64,000 nucleotides of DNA from Candidatus Cloacimonadota bacterium (GCA_049903315.1 JBNGBT010000005.1:128001-192000); one strand, 5' to 3'. Shown: positions 44,687 through 54,268, counted from the stretch's first letter. Made by a program: numbers and translations. The notes: generated by a model from the sequence alone, not told the origin.

Positions 44687-45459
44687 AGTTCCTTCAGATA
44701 TTCAGCAAGCTTTTGAGCAACTTCTTCGGGTTCTCCTTCGAGTATCATTGTCTTCTTTTGCATTGTAGGAGTGAACACTTTTTCTACCCATGTAGGCGAA
44801 CCATTCAATCCCACTTTTGCTTCATCAAGATGAAGGTCGTCAAATGTCCAGACAGGGATTTCCGCTTTTTTTGCTTTCATTTTTGTGCGTAATGATGGGA
44901 GTCGCGGTTCATTTATATCTTTTACCACGGTCAATACGATCGGCAGTTGAGATTCAACGACATCAAAACCATCTTCCATCATTCTGTGTGCAACTATTTT
45001 TCCGTTTTCAAGAGAATCGATATTTTTCACAAAAGCGATCTGCGGGATATCAAGATTACGGGCAACTCCTGGTCCAACTTGAGCAGTATCACCGTCTATT
45101 GCTTGCTTGCCAAAGAGAATAATATCGTAATCACCAATTTTTCGAATGGCTGCTGAAAGCGTGTAACTTGTTGCCAGTGTGTCCGATCCGGCAAATTTTC
45201 TGTCAGAAATAAGAATGGCATCATCTGCGCCAATAGCAAGAGCTTCACGAAGTGCTGATTCTACCTGAGGAGGTCCCATACTTATAACTGTGACGGTTCC
45301 ACCATGAGCTTCTTTCAGGCGCAGTGCTTCTTCCAAGGCATACGTGTCAAATGGATTTATGATACTTTCCACACCTTCACGAATGAGTGTATTATGTTCA
45401 GGATTTATTTTGATATCAGTGGTATCAGGAACCTGTTTAATGCATACAATAATATTCAT
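44680..45459 (-). CDS. etfB: Electron transfer flavoprotein beta subunit
   Basis: VCIKQVPDT, INPFD..ALE, MGPP, AGSDTLAT, GKQAIDGDTAQVGP, NEPRLP. Confidence 0.93.
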   Translation of the reverse strand: MNIIVCIKQVPDTTDIKINPEHNTLIREGVESIINPFDTYALEEALRLKEAHGGTVTVISMGPPQVESALREALAIGADDAILISDRKFAGSDTLATSYTLSAAIRKIGDYDIILFGKQAIDGDTAQVGPGVARNLDIPQIAFVKNIDSLENGKIVAHRMMEDGFDVVESQLPIVLTVVKDINEPRLPSLRTKMKAKKAEIPVWTFDDLHLDEAKVGLNGSPTWVEKVFTPTMQKKTMILEGEPEEVAQKLAEYLKELC

Positions 45460-45471
45460 TTCATCTCCTTA

Positions 45472-46542
45472 CTAAATACCAATAATTTTATCATCAGAGC
45501 CCAGCAGAAGTGTACAGTCACTTTTCAGATCAATAGAGCTTACTTCAATATTTTTTCCAATAATACTATCGGTGATCTTGCCCTTAACATTCCGAATAAT
45601 GGAGTTTTCTAAGATTATCGAATTTTCAATTCTTGCATTTCTTATGATAGAGCCATTACCCAGGCATGTATTAGGAAGAAGTGTTGCATTTTCAATTTCA
45701 CAGTTATCGCCGATGATCACCGGTCCGTTAATCGTGCATTGGCGCATTTTTGAACCTCTTCCAATATACAGTGCTCCATCCAGAATTGATTCTTCATCAA
45801 GATCGCTTTCACCGGCAATATGCCAACCACTCAGTTTGCTGCATAGATACATGTTTGCATCGATAATATCTTTTGGTTTACCTGTATCCAGCCATTTCCC
45901 CTGCAAAATTTCACCTTTGACTATCAATCCTTTATCGATAAGCCCCTGAATTGCGTCAGTGATCTCGTACTCATTTCTCCACGAAGGTTTCAGTGCATCT
46001 ATTGCAGAAAAAACATCTTTATCAAATATATACACTCCTGCAATTGCGAGATTTGATGGGGGATCTTTCGGTTTTTCGATCACATTGATCATCCTATCAC
46101 CATCAAGGACAGCAATACCAAAGCGTTGAGGTTCGTCCACTTCTTTTAAAATAATGATACTCGAGGGCTTTTCTTCATTATATCTTCGTACAAGGTTCGT
46201 GAGATCATCTTCAAAAATATTGTCCCCAAGAAAGACCATAAATGGGTCGTCACCAATAAAATCCTGGCCCATTTTCACTGCATGAGCAAGCCCTTTTGGC
46301 TTATCCTGGACAATATAGGATATTTTAGCACCAAGCTGTGATCCGTCACCAACTGCTGCTCTCACCTGATCCTGCATATAGCCGACAATCAAGCCAATCT
46401 CAGTGATTCCGAGATTTACAAGTTTCTTTATAATGTGGAACACAATCGGTACGTTTGCCAAAGGTAGAATATGTTTTGGCATCGAGTAAGTCAGCGGCTG
46501 CAAGCGAGTTCCTTTTCCTGCACAGAGAACCAATGCTTTCAT
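45472..46542 (-). CDS. Glucose-1-phosphate thymidylyltransferase (long form with left-handed beta-helix)
   Basis: LCAGKGTRL.PLT...PK, Q..PKGLAHA, LGDN, EKP..P.SNLA..GVY, PSWRNEYEITDA, WLDTGK. Confidence 0.9.
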   Translation of the reverse strand: MKALVLCAGKGTRLQPLTYSMPKHILPLANVPIVFHIIKKLVNLGITEIGLIVGYMQDQVRAAVGDGSQLGAKISYIVQDKPKGLAHAVKMGQDFIGDDPFMVFLGDNIFEDDLTNLVRRYNEEKPSSIIILKEVDEPQRFGIAVLDGDRMINVIEKPKDPPSNLAIAGVYIFDKDVFSAIDALKPSWRNEYEITDAIQGLIDKGLIVKGEILQGKWLDTGKPKDIIDANMYLCSKLSGWHIAGESDLDEESILDGALYIGRGSKMRQCTINGPVIIGDNCEIENATLLPNTCLGNGSIIRNARIENSIILENSIIRNVKGKITDSIIGKNIEVSSIDLKSDCTLLLGSDDKIIGI

Positions 46543-46674
46543 AGAAAAACCTCCATAAGAACTTTGTTTGAGACATTTGAATTATCGTGATTTTGAGTGT
46601 CAATGATTAAATAGGTTTTGAAGGTTTGAAATTAAGATGTTAATGATTTGGAAAAAGTATTCAATTTTTTTTCT

Positions 46675-46806
46675 GCCGGCTATGATATCAGGCATGCACT
46701 CATAGTACCGGGCGTTGCCGCTTCTCATGGATATGAAAGGACTCATAAAGAGGGTTTGGAGAATACTCTCAAATTGCTGGTTTTGTATTTGAAAAAAGGT
46801 GTGTGA
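46675..46806 (+). pseudogene. C-terminal remnant of an M42-family peptidase (YhfE-like)
   Basis: Translates AGYDIRHALIVPGVAASHGYERTHKEGLENTLKLLVLYLKKGV*. In-frame stop upstream at 46633; no room for the rest of the gene. Confidence 0.75.
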
Positions 46807-46873
46807 ATACAGAATTCAGAAAATAGAATTCAAGAGTCAGAAGTCATCTCAGCTATTTTTTCGTGAAAGGATT

Positions 46874-47046
46874 ACGCACAGAATTCCAACAAAGCGCTAA
46901 GATCGCAGAGAAAAAGATTTCAAAAAGCTTTCATCCTGAAGTTTGTGTTTAAATAAGTATGGATGAGACAAACCTCATGTACAAATAATTTTTCATAAAT
47001 ATCTCAGCACGCTCTGTGAGAGTATCTCTGTGCACTTCGTGTGATA
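46874..47046. repeat. ~172-bp element with 9-nt-periodic imperfect inverted arms (copy 1)
   Basis: Left arm ...GATCGCAGAGAAAAAGA; right arm AAATATCTCAGC...CTCTGTG...GTGTGATATT; homologous to 54097-54268. Confidence 0.65.
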
Positions 47047-47298
47047 TTTCACGACCTTAGTTTTAAGCAGTTGAGTAGAATAAACCGAACTATTTAAAGA
47101 TTTCACAAATAAAATAAAAATATTTATTATCAGAAACCTTGACGATATTAATATGGGAATTCCTTATGCACCTTAATAAAAGTAACTTAGTAAATAAGTT
47201 ATATAAGTTCAAAGTATATAAGATTGAAAGTAGAATTTTTTATGTCTATTCTTCATGATTAGTATGAGAACAAGAAAAAAAACAGGAGAATAGAAAGC

Positions 47299-47577
47299 AT
47301 GCAAGGTAAAAAACTCTATGTGGGAAATCTTGATTATTCAGTCACAAAAGACGATCTCTCTGAAATGTTTGCAGAGTTCGGCGAAGTGGTTGAAGTGATT
47401 ATCATCGACGGAAAAGGTTTTGGATTTGTTGAAATGTCAGAACCTGCTGAAGCTGAAAAAGCAATTGCTGACTTAGATGGAAAAGACCTTAAGGGTCGCG
47501 CCATGAAAGTCAACGAAGCACGTCCGAAAAGAGACAATTCCAGAGATAATCGACGCGACTTTAGACGTTCTTACTAA
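47299..47577 (+). CDS. RRM RNA-binding protein
   Basis: KLYVGNL (RNP2), KGFGFVEM (RNP1), VNEARPK. Confidence 0.95.
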   Translation: MQGKKLYVGNLDYSVTKDDLSEMFAEFGEVVEVIIIDGKGFGFVEMSEPAEAEKAIADLDGKDLKGRAMKVNEARPKRDNSRDNRRDFRRSY

Positions 47578-47604
47578 AGAATCAAGTATTGTCACTTAAT
47601 ATTT

Positions 47605-47638
47605 GGCATGATCATTAATTTGATCATGCCTTTTTTTT
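47605..47638 (+). terminator. Rho-independent terminator
   Basis: GGCATGATCA-TTAATT-TGATCATGCC followed by T8. Confidence 0.9.
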
Positions 47639-47796
47639 AATATTTTTACACGAATTTTCTTATATATTGAAAGTGGAGCATCTTTTCATAAAAGCTCATT
47701 AGTTTACCATCCATTTCAACATTTTCTTGACAGTTAAATATCTAATCATTCACACAATACTGTTGATAAAAGAATAAGAAAACTTAAAAGTTCTGA

Positions 47797-48708
47797 ATGT
47801 ATGGAAAGAAAACTGATGAAAGCACAAGTAAGATGAACCATTCGAGCAAAGTGAACACAAAATATCACCAAATCGAGCTGGTCAGCTTTGGGGATTGTAT
47901 TCCGAACGGCAACTTTACGATCCATTCAAGATTTCGAAGAACTATAAATTTACATAACAACTCACTGCTGATCTCAGTTGTGAATGAAGATATCGGCAAA
48001 GGACCTCTTAAAATAATTGTGAGAGGATTGGATTTTCAAAATATTCATTCTCTTTCAGTCTATAACAATGTTCTAATGATTAATAACTTTGTCCTTGTTG
48101 TGCACAACAATTTGAAATATTGCTCAAAACTATCTCTCCAAAAAGGAGATAAAGCAGTCTTTTCAAAAAAACTGGAATTATTGCACACCACTTTGCTTGA
48201 ATTGTGTAATGAAAAGAGTCTATGCTTTCTCCTTGATGAGAAGAGGGTAAGTAACTTCATATCAAGTTTTGAAAAGGAATTCGTGAAGAGAATGAAGTTA
48301 GGTTTAAACTTGATCCTAAAAGGAACAATGAACAGTTTGAGTGAAGGAATTATGCAGCTCAAAGGATGCGGATTCGGACTTACTCCGAGCGGAGATGATT
48401 TTATAGCCGGTTTACTGTCCGGTCTCTATCTAAAGCAGGAAATATTTGGTAAGGATTTCTCAGAAACCAGGAAGATAATCTACGAAACTTCATTGGGTGA
48501 AAACCTGATATCAAATTCGTATCTCACACTTGCACAAAAAGGATTGTTTACAGAAAATTTTAAAAATTTCATACATGCTCTTGTTCATGAAGGAAAAGAA
48601 AAACTCAATATATATATCCGAAGAATGTTAAATATAGGTGAAACCTCCGGCGCAGATACACTAGTCGGTTTTTGTTTTGCATTTGAGAAAGCAGGTGAAC
48701 TTTGGTAA
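47797..48708 (+). CDS. DUF2877 family protein (YahE/YlbF-like)
   Basis: IHSRF...INL, G.GFGLTPSGDDFI.G, IGETSGADTLVG; start uncertain (47797 or 47833). Confidence 0.85.
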   Translation: MYGKKTDESTSKMNHSSKVNTKYHQIELVSFGDCIPNGNFTIHSRFRRTINLHNNSLLISVVNEDIGKGPLKIIVRGLDFQNIHSLSVYNNVLMINNFVLVVHNNLKYCSKLSLQKGDKAVFSKKLELLHTTLLELCNEKSLCFLLDEKRVSNFISSFEKEFVKRMKLGLNLILKGTMNSLSEGIMQLKGCGFGLTPSGDDFIAGLLSGLYLKQEIFGKDFSETRKIIYETSLGENLISNSYLTLAQKGLFTENFKNFIHALVHEGKEKLNIYIRRMLNIGETSGADTLVGFCFAFEKAGELW

Positions 48709-50291
48709 TTAAAGGAAAAATCAAAAAGGGAGAATATTTCGATTCTGTCACGCTGATGATCGTTGCGCAAAAGATAAACAAGTTAGAAGGAATTACGGAT
48801 GCAGCAGTGGTCATGAATACTGCAGAGAACAGGTCGATACTGGAATCTTCGGGACTGCTTATTCCTGAATTTGATGATGCGAAGGCTTCCGACCTTTTGA
48901 TATGCGTCAACGCAGAAAGTGGTGGTATTGCAGAAAAGGCCATGCTGCAAGTCGATGAAATACTCAGAAATGTGCGGCATGAGATCAGTGATACTGAGGA
49001 TTTTCTTCCAAAGAGCTTGGAAACTGCCCTCAGAACTTTACCTGAAGCAAATCTTGTACTCATATCTGTTGCAGGTAAATATGCAGCACAGGAAGCAATG
49101 AAAGCGCTTAAACAAGGGCTTCATGTAATGATATTTTCGGACAATGTCTCTATCGAAGATGAAATCAGATTAAAAGAATATGCACAAGAAAATAACCTTC
49201 TTGTTATGGGTCCGGATTGTGGAACTGCGATCATTAACGGTATTCCTCTTGCGTTTGCCAATGTGGTAAATAGAGGTAATATCGGGATCGTTGCAGCTTC
49301 AGGGACCGGCTTGCAGGAGATCAGCTCGATCATCTCAAACACTGGGGCGGGAATTTCTCAAGCTATTGGAACGGGCGGCAGAGATGTGAAGAAAGAGGTC
49401 GGTGGAATCATGTTCCTTACAGCTCTCGATACATTAATTCATGACAAAAATACTGAAGTTATCGTGCTTGTTTCCAAACCTCCAGCAAAAGAAGTCCTCG
49501 CAAAGATATTAAAAAATGTAGAAAATATTCATAAGCCCGTGATTGCGATATTTTTAGGTGCTAATGAGAAATTATTCGAAGGTTCAAAAGCAATTACAGC
49601 GAAAACTCTCGAAGAAGCTGCATTGATCGCTGTGATGTTAGCACAAAAAAAAGAGAAAGATTCATTTCAAGAAATATTTGAGAAAAGAAGAAAAGGGATT
49701 CAGGAAATTGCAAAAAAAGAAGCGAAAACTAAAACTATTACTCAGAAATATCTTCGCGGACTCTTCTGTGGCGGCACTCTTTGTGAGGAAGCGCAGCTCA
49801 TTCTTCATGATTTGATTGGAGATATATACAGCAATAGTACATCAGAAAAAAAATACATTCTGAATGATCCCTGGCAAAGCAAAAAGAATGTGCTCATCGA
49901 TATGGGTGCAGATGAATTTACAGTTGGCAGACCGCATCCTATGATTGATTATTCTCTGCGGAACAGAAGAATTCTAAAAGAAGCAGAAGACCCGGAAGTC
50001 GCAGTCATACTCCTTGATGTCGTGCTTGGTTTCGGATCGAATATGAATCCTGCAGAAGAGTTGGTGCCAGTAATCAAGCAAGCTGAAAAAATAGCCCGGA
50101 AAGCTGGAAGACAACTTACTTTTGTGTGTTCTATTACCGGAACTGAACTCGATCCTCAAAACAAAAAGGAAGTCGAGAGGAAATTGAAAAGTGCCGGAGT
50201 GTTTGTCATGGAATCGAATGCTGCTGCTTCTGAATTCGCTGGTTTGATCATAAAGGATCTTTCGAATAAATTTCAGGATAAGGAGAGTTAA
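48702..50291 (+). CDS. FdrA/YahF family succinyl-CoA-synthetase-like protein
   Basis: YFDSVTLM, ISVAGKYA, FSDNV, MGPDCGTAII, ASGTGLQE, GTGGRD, SKPP, GLFCGGTL, TVGRPHPMID. Confidence 0.92.
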   Translation: MVIKGKIKKGEYFDSVTLMIVAQKINKLEGITDAAVVMNTAENRSILESSGLLIPEFDDAKASDLLICVNAESGGIAEKAMLQVDEILRNVRHEISDTEDFLPKSLETALRTLPEANLVLISVAGKYAAQEAMKALKQGLHVMIFSDNVSIEDEIRLKEYAQENNLLVMGPDCGTAIINGIPLAFANVVNRGNIGIVAASGTGLQEISSIISNTGAGISQAIGTGGRDVKKEVGGIMFLTALDTLIHDKNTEVIVLVSKPPAKEVLAKILKNVENIHKPVIAIFLGANEKLFEGSKAITAKTLEEAALIAVMLAQKKEKDSFQEIFEKRRKGIQEIAKKEAKTKTITQKYLRGLFCGGTLCEEAQLILHDLIGDIYSNSTSEKKYILNDPWQSKKNVLIDMGADEFTVGRPHPMIDYSLRNRRILKEAEDPEVAVILLDVVLGFGSNMNPAEELVPVIKQAEKIARKAGRQLTFVCSITGTELDPQNKKEVERKLKSAGVFVMESNAAASEFAGLIIKDLSNKFQDKES

Positions 50292-50292
50292 G

Positions 50293-51699
50293 ATGGCAAA
50301 AAAAGATCTTTTTAATAAAGACCTGAAAGTAATAAATATAGGACTTTCATCGTTCAAGGATTCTATTAAGGAATCTGATGCAGAGGTAGTTCAAGTTGAT
50401 TGGAAACCACCAGCAGAAATGGATGAAAAGATACTTCAAATACTCTTGAAAAATGAAGCCCATATTCAAATACAGAATAAAAAATGCCTCGAAACGATCC
50501 TGAATGGTGCACCATTTCTAATTAATCTTGATAGAGCGATAGATGTAATACCTGGAATGAAGAAAAATATGATCCTGCATGCAGGACCTCCAATCACCTG
50601 GGATAGGATGTGCGGACCAATGCGTGGTGCGATTATTGGAGCACTTATTTATGAAGGTATGGCAAAAAGTCCGGAAGAAGCAGAGAAATTAGCAGTTTCA
50701 GAAAAAATTGAATATTCTCCATGCCATGAACATAGCACAGTTGGACCGATGGCAGGAATCGTATCAGCATCTATGCCTGTTTTCGTTCTCAAGAATGAAA
50801 CCTATGGCAATCATGCTTATTGCACAATGAATGAAGGGCTTGGAAAAGTCTTACGTTACGGCGCTTTCAGCAATGAAGTCATTGAGAAACTGAAATGGAT
50901 GGAAGAAGTTCTATATCCGGCTTTAAAAAATGGAGTGAGTGAATTAGGCAAGATAGATCTGAAGAATATTATTGCTCAGGCACTTCACATGGGAGATGAA
51001 GTTCATAACAGGAATAGAGCTGCAACTTCATTATTGTATCGAACTATCGCTCCGGCTGTAATAAAAACAAACGACAACGATGTAGCAATCAAAGTGTTGG
51101 AATTTATTAATGGTAATGATCACTTTTTTTTGAACCTCTCTATGCCTGCGTGTAAAGTTACACTGGATGCTGCCAGAAATATAAAAGGAAGCAGTGTGGT
51201 TGTCGCGATGACGCGTAACGGAACGGATTTCGGTTTGCAGCTTTCGGGCACAGGAGATAAATGGTTTGTAGGACAAGCACCAGTACCTGATGCTCTTTTC
51301 TTTCCGGGATATACAAAGGATGATGCGAATCGGGATATTGGAGATAGCTCTATAACCGAAACAAACGGGCTTGGCGGATTTGCAATCGCAGCTTCACCAG
51401 CGATTGTTCAATTCATTGGGGGGGCAGCTCAGGATGCCTTGAATTATACACGGGAAATGTACGAAATCACCGCAGGTGAGAATAATATATATCAAATTCC
51501 ATCATTGAATTTTCGCGGTACTCCAACCGGGATTGATGTGATAAAAGTAAATGAGAAAAGGATCTTACCCTTTATCGACACAGGTGTCGCCCATAAAAAT
51601 GCAGGAGTCGGACAGGTCGGCGCAGGTGTTCTGAGTGCGCCAATGGAACCGTTCATTAAAGCGCTGCAAGGATTTGTCAAATCAATAGAAAAGAAATAA
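50293..51699 (+). CDS. DUF1116 family protein (YahG/YlbE-like)
   Basis: N-terminal VINIGL..F..VQVDWKPP, LHAGPPI, GPMRGA, PCHEH..VGPMAG, NEGLGKVLRYGA, MGDEVHNRN, DIGDSSITET, PFIDTGVAH. Confidence 0.92.
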   Translation: MAKKDLFNKDLKVINIGLSSFKDSIKESDAEVVQVDWKPPAEMDEKILQILLKNEAHIQIQNKKCLETILNGAPFLINLDRAIDVIPGMKKNMILHAGPPITWDRMCGPMRGAIIGALIYEGMAKSPEEAEKLAVSEKIEYSPCHEHSTVGPMAGIVSASMPVFVLKNETYGNHAYCTMNEGLGKVLRYGAFSNEVIEKLKWMEEVLYPALKNGVSELGKIDLKNIIAQALHMGDEVHNRNRAATSLLYRTIAPAVIKTNDNDVAIKVLEFINGNDHFFLNLSMPACKVTLDAARNIKGSSVVVAMTRNGTDFGLQLSGTGDKWFVGQAPVPDALFFPGYTKDDANRDIGDSSITETNGLGGFAIAASPAIVQFIGGAAQDALNYTREMYEITAGENNIYQIPSLNFRGTPTGIDVIKVNEKRILPFIDTGVAHKNAGVGQVGAGVLSAPMEPFIKALQGFVKSIEKK

Positions 51700-51728
51700 A
51701 ACATAGATAAATATTATAAGGAGTTATC

Positions 51729-52547
51729 ATGAACAATAACGAATTTCTGGAATTTATGGATAAGGTACGCGTCTATGACCTGACGCAGCCTTTGAGCATT
51801 CATACTCCACCTTGGCCCAGTTATATGCCATTGCAAATCCAATATTTCAAACGGCTTGCCGGAGCTCATATGGGGCAGGGAGCGAACGGACAGATCATCA
51901 AAACAAGCAACCATGTAGGAACGCATATCGATGGACAGATCCACTTCTTTGGAAGCGGAAAAACAATCGGGCAAGTTCCAATTCGGGATTGGATCGGACA
52001 GGGAGTGGTAGTCGATATCTCAGATGAAGTCGAAGATTATTCTCTCTATTCTCCTGACATGCTGATGAGTAAAGCTGAGATCAAGAAGGGTGATATCCTC
52101 ATAATTAATACAGGCTATCACCGCTATAGTTGGGATCAGCCGGAATCAGATGAAGTGCGCTATTTTGTAAAGCATCCAGGTCCCGATCCTGAATTCCATA
52201 AATGGGCTCTCGAGATGAAGTTCAAATGGATCGGTGTGGATTGTGGAAGCGCGGACCATCCCATGAATACAATCATCAGAGATTGGCATCCAAAAAAATT
52301 CATCGAAGCAGATACAAAGCTGCAAGAAAAATACAATAAAACCTGGGACGAAATGTTCCCACTTGATATATACTACCAAGTTATGCATCTGAATCTTTTC
52401 CCCAAGGGATTGCTCCATGCGGAAAATCTTGGTGGAGAAATTAACAAGGTGAATAATAAGCGTGTCTGGATTGGACTGTTCCCTTTACGTGGAATTGAAA
52501 TGGAATCCTCAATGTGCCGTATTGTCGCGCTTGAACCTCCTAAATAG
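51729..52547 (+). CDS. Cyclase-family (kynurenine-formamidase-like) metal-dependent amidohydrolase
   Basis: YDLTQPL...TPPWP, HVGTHIDG (HxGTHxD), GDILII.TG, IGVD, HAENL. Confidence 0.88.
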   Translation: MNNNEFLEFMDKVRVYDLTQPLSIHTPPWPSYMPLQIQYFKRLAGAHMGQGANGQIIKTSNHVGTHIDGQIHFFGSGKTIGQVPIRDWIGQGVVVDISDEVEDYSLYSPDMLMSKAEIKKGDILIINTGYHRYSWDQPESDEVRYFVKHPGPDPEFHKWALEMKFKWIGVDCGSADHPMNTIIRDWHPKKFIEADTKLQEKYNKTWDEMFPLDIYYQVMHLNLFPKGLLHAENLGGEINKVNNKRVWIGLFPLRGIEMESSMCRIVALEPPK

Positions 52548-52558
52548 GAATGCATCTC

Positions 52559-52619
52559 AACCACGAAAAACGCCCGCTGTCGTTACACTTTGGCGCGGCA
52601 GGCGAAAGGCACAAAAAAT
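52559..52619. repeat. 9-nt-periodic repeat interrupted by a 30-bp GC-rich palindromic insert
   Basis: AACCACGAA-AAACG[CCCGCTGTCGTTACACTTTGGCGCGGCAGG]CGAA-AGGCACAAA; the uninterrupted version is the reverse complement of ~11905-11933. Confidence 0.6.
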
Positions 52620-52770
52620 AGAAAATATATGATGAATTGTTTTTATCCATGGATTGCATCAAATCATCAGAGTATTTACACTGAAATTTGAATTTTGCCA
52701 TTATTTTTGTCATAAGAAATTAGGATTTAGAAATTATTGCGCTTTGAAAAATTTAAAGCGAAAGGATTAT

Positions 52771-53643
52771 ATGTCTATACTTCATGATTTCGAATATTTT
52801 AAACCAGCTGATTTAAAGACAGCAGTCGAGTTCCTTGATCAGTTCGGAAACAGAGCTAAAATCCTTGCAGGTGGTACCGATCTTGTCGTACAGATGAAAG
52901 AGAATATCCATGCTCCTGACGCGGTGATAGATATCAAAGGGCTTGCGGAACTCCATGAAATATTATTTGAAGATAATACGCTCTTCATTGGTGCGTGTGT
53001 GACCTTTTCCGAATTGATCGAATCGGAGATCATAAAACAGTTTTTTCCTTTGATGAAGGAGATGTCCCTGACAGTTGCTTCTGTTACTATTCGCAATAGA
53101 GCCACAATAGTTGGAAACATATGCTCTGCGATTCCTTCTGCAGATTCAGCTCCGATCCTGCTTGTTTATGATGCTGACGTAATTTTAAAAAGTGTATCAG
53201 GAGAAAGGATTATCCCAATCCGAGATTGGTTTACAGGTCCCAAAAAGACAATTTTGCGATCTGATGAACTTGTGACCGGTATTGCAATTCCACTCCCACA
53301 AAAGAAAAATGCAGGATGTTATGAAAAACTCGGAAGATATTCCGGTGAGGATCTTGCACAAGCAGGAGTGAGTATTCTGGTATTTGAAGACCTTCAATAC
53401 AAGGTCGCATTTTGTGCCGTAGGACCAGTTCCGAAAAGGGCGAATCATGTGGAAAAATTTCTTAATGGAAAAAAAATCTCTGATGATATTATCGAAGAAG
53501 CCAAGCAGCTTCTCAAGAAAGAAATATCTTCGATCTCAGATATCAGAGCAACTGAAGAATATCGCACGCATATGATGAGCGTGATGTTTGAAAGAGGATT
53601 GAAAAAAGTAATTGCTCAACTGCAGGGAGGTGGAGATGTCTAA
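52771..53643 (+). CDS. Xanthine dehydrogenase family FAD-binding subunit
   Basis: FEYFKP, LAGGTDL, IRNRATIVGN, SADSAP, ISDIRAT.EYR; ATG 52771 after AAGGA. Confidence 0.93.
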   Translation: MSILHDFEYFKPADLKTAVEFLDQFGNRAKILAGGTDLVVQMKENIHAPDAVIDIKGLAELHEILFEDNTLFIGACVTFSELIESEIIKQFFPLMKEMSLTVASVTIRNRATIVGNICSAIPSADSAPILLVYDADVILKSVSGERIIPIRDWFTGPKKTILRSDELVTGIAIPLPQKKNAGCYEKLGRYSGEDLAQAGVSILVFEDLQYKVAFCAVGPVPKRANHVEKFLNGKKISDDIIEEAKQLLKKEISSISDIRATEEYRTHMMSVMFERGLKKVIAQLQGGGDV

Positions 53644-54091
53644 GATTCAGTTTATTCTCAATCATGAAAAAAGAGTTGTCGATGTCGCACCTCATGAAAC
53701 GCTCCTTGAAGTGCTTCGTGAAAAGCTTGGTGTGAAAAGTCCCAAGTGTGGTTGTGACAAGGGTGATTGCGGTGCATGTAATGTGCTTTTAAACGGGAAA
53801 AGTGTGCGCAGTTGCTTGATCCTCGCTATCGAGGTTGATGGACAGGAAGTGGTCTCAGTCGAAGGTATTTCAAAAGATGGCTTGAGTAAAGTTCAGAAAG
53901 CAATGATAGACAAGAATGCATTCCAGTGCGGATTCTGTGCACCTGGTGTGATCATTTCTGCGACAGAGCTTCTCAATGCAAATGAACATCCAAGCAGGGC
54001 AGAGATACAAGAAGCACTTTCAGGAAATCTATGCCGTTGTACAGGATATTTGCCGATCCTTGAAGCAGTTGAAAATGCAACGAAAGAGTAG
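53636..54091 (+). CDS. Xanthine dehydrogenase family 2x[2Fe-2S] subunit
   Basis: GCDKGDCGAC..SC, QCGFCAPG, GNLCRCTGY. Confidence 0.95.
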   Translation: MSKIQFILNHEKRVVDVAPHETLLEVLREKLGVKSPKCGCDKGDCGACNVLLNGKSVRSCLILAIEVDGQEVVSVEGISKDGLSKVQKAMIDKNAFQCGFCAPGVIISATELLNANEHPSRAEIQEALSGNLCRCTGYLPILEAVENATKE

Positions 54092-54096
54092 AATTG

Positions 54097-54268
54097 CACG
54101 CAGAGAACGCCAAGAACCGCGGAGACCGCAGAGAAAAGAATAAAAATAATTAGATTTATTGAATTTTCAAATTCGATAAATAATGAAGATAGACTTTTTT
54201 ATAAATATGAAATATTACAAAATATCTCAGCGTCCTTTGCGTTTTTCTCTGCGAGCTTTGCGTGAGAT
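54097..54268. repeat. ~172-bp element with 9-nt-periodic imperfect inverted arms (copy 2)
   Basis: Left CACGCAGAGAACGCCAAGAACCGCGGAGACCGCAGAG; right CTCAGCGTCCTTTGCGTTTTTCTCTGCGAGCTTTGCGTG; AT-rich core. Confidence 0.75.

Noticed and set aside
47640..47830. Purine or other riboswitch upstream of the catabolic cluster
   Set aside because: No recognisable aptamer consensus or terminator by eye; an Rfam scan would be needed to exclude it.
52654..52770. Upstream extensions in the ORF track (also hflC, topA, glmM, 2Fe-2S subunit, DUF35)
   Set aside because: Downstream ATGs with an RBS or stop/start coupling fit the family N-termini better.
54097..54268. Periodic repeats as a CRISPR array
   Set aside because: No identical direct repeats with unique spacers, and no cas genes.
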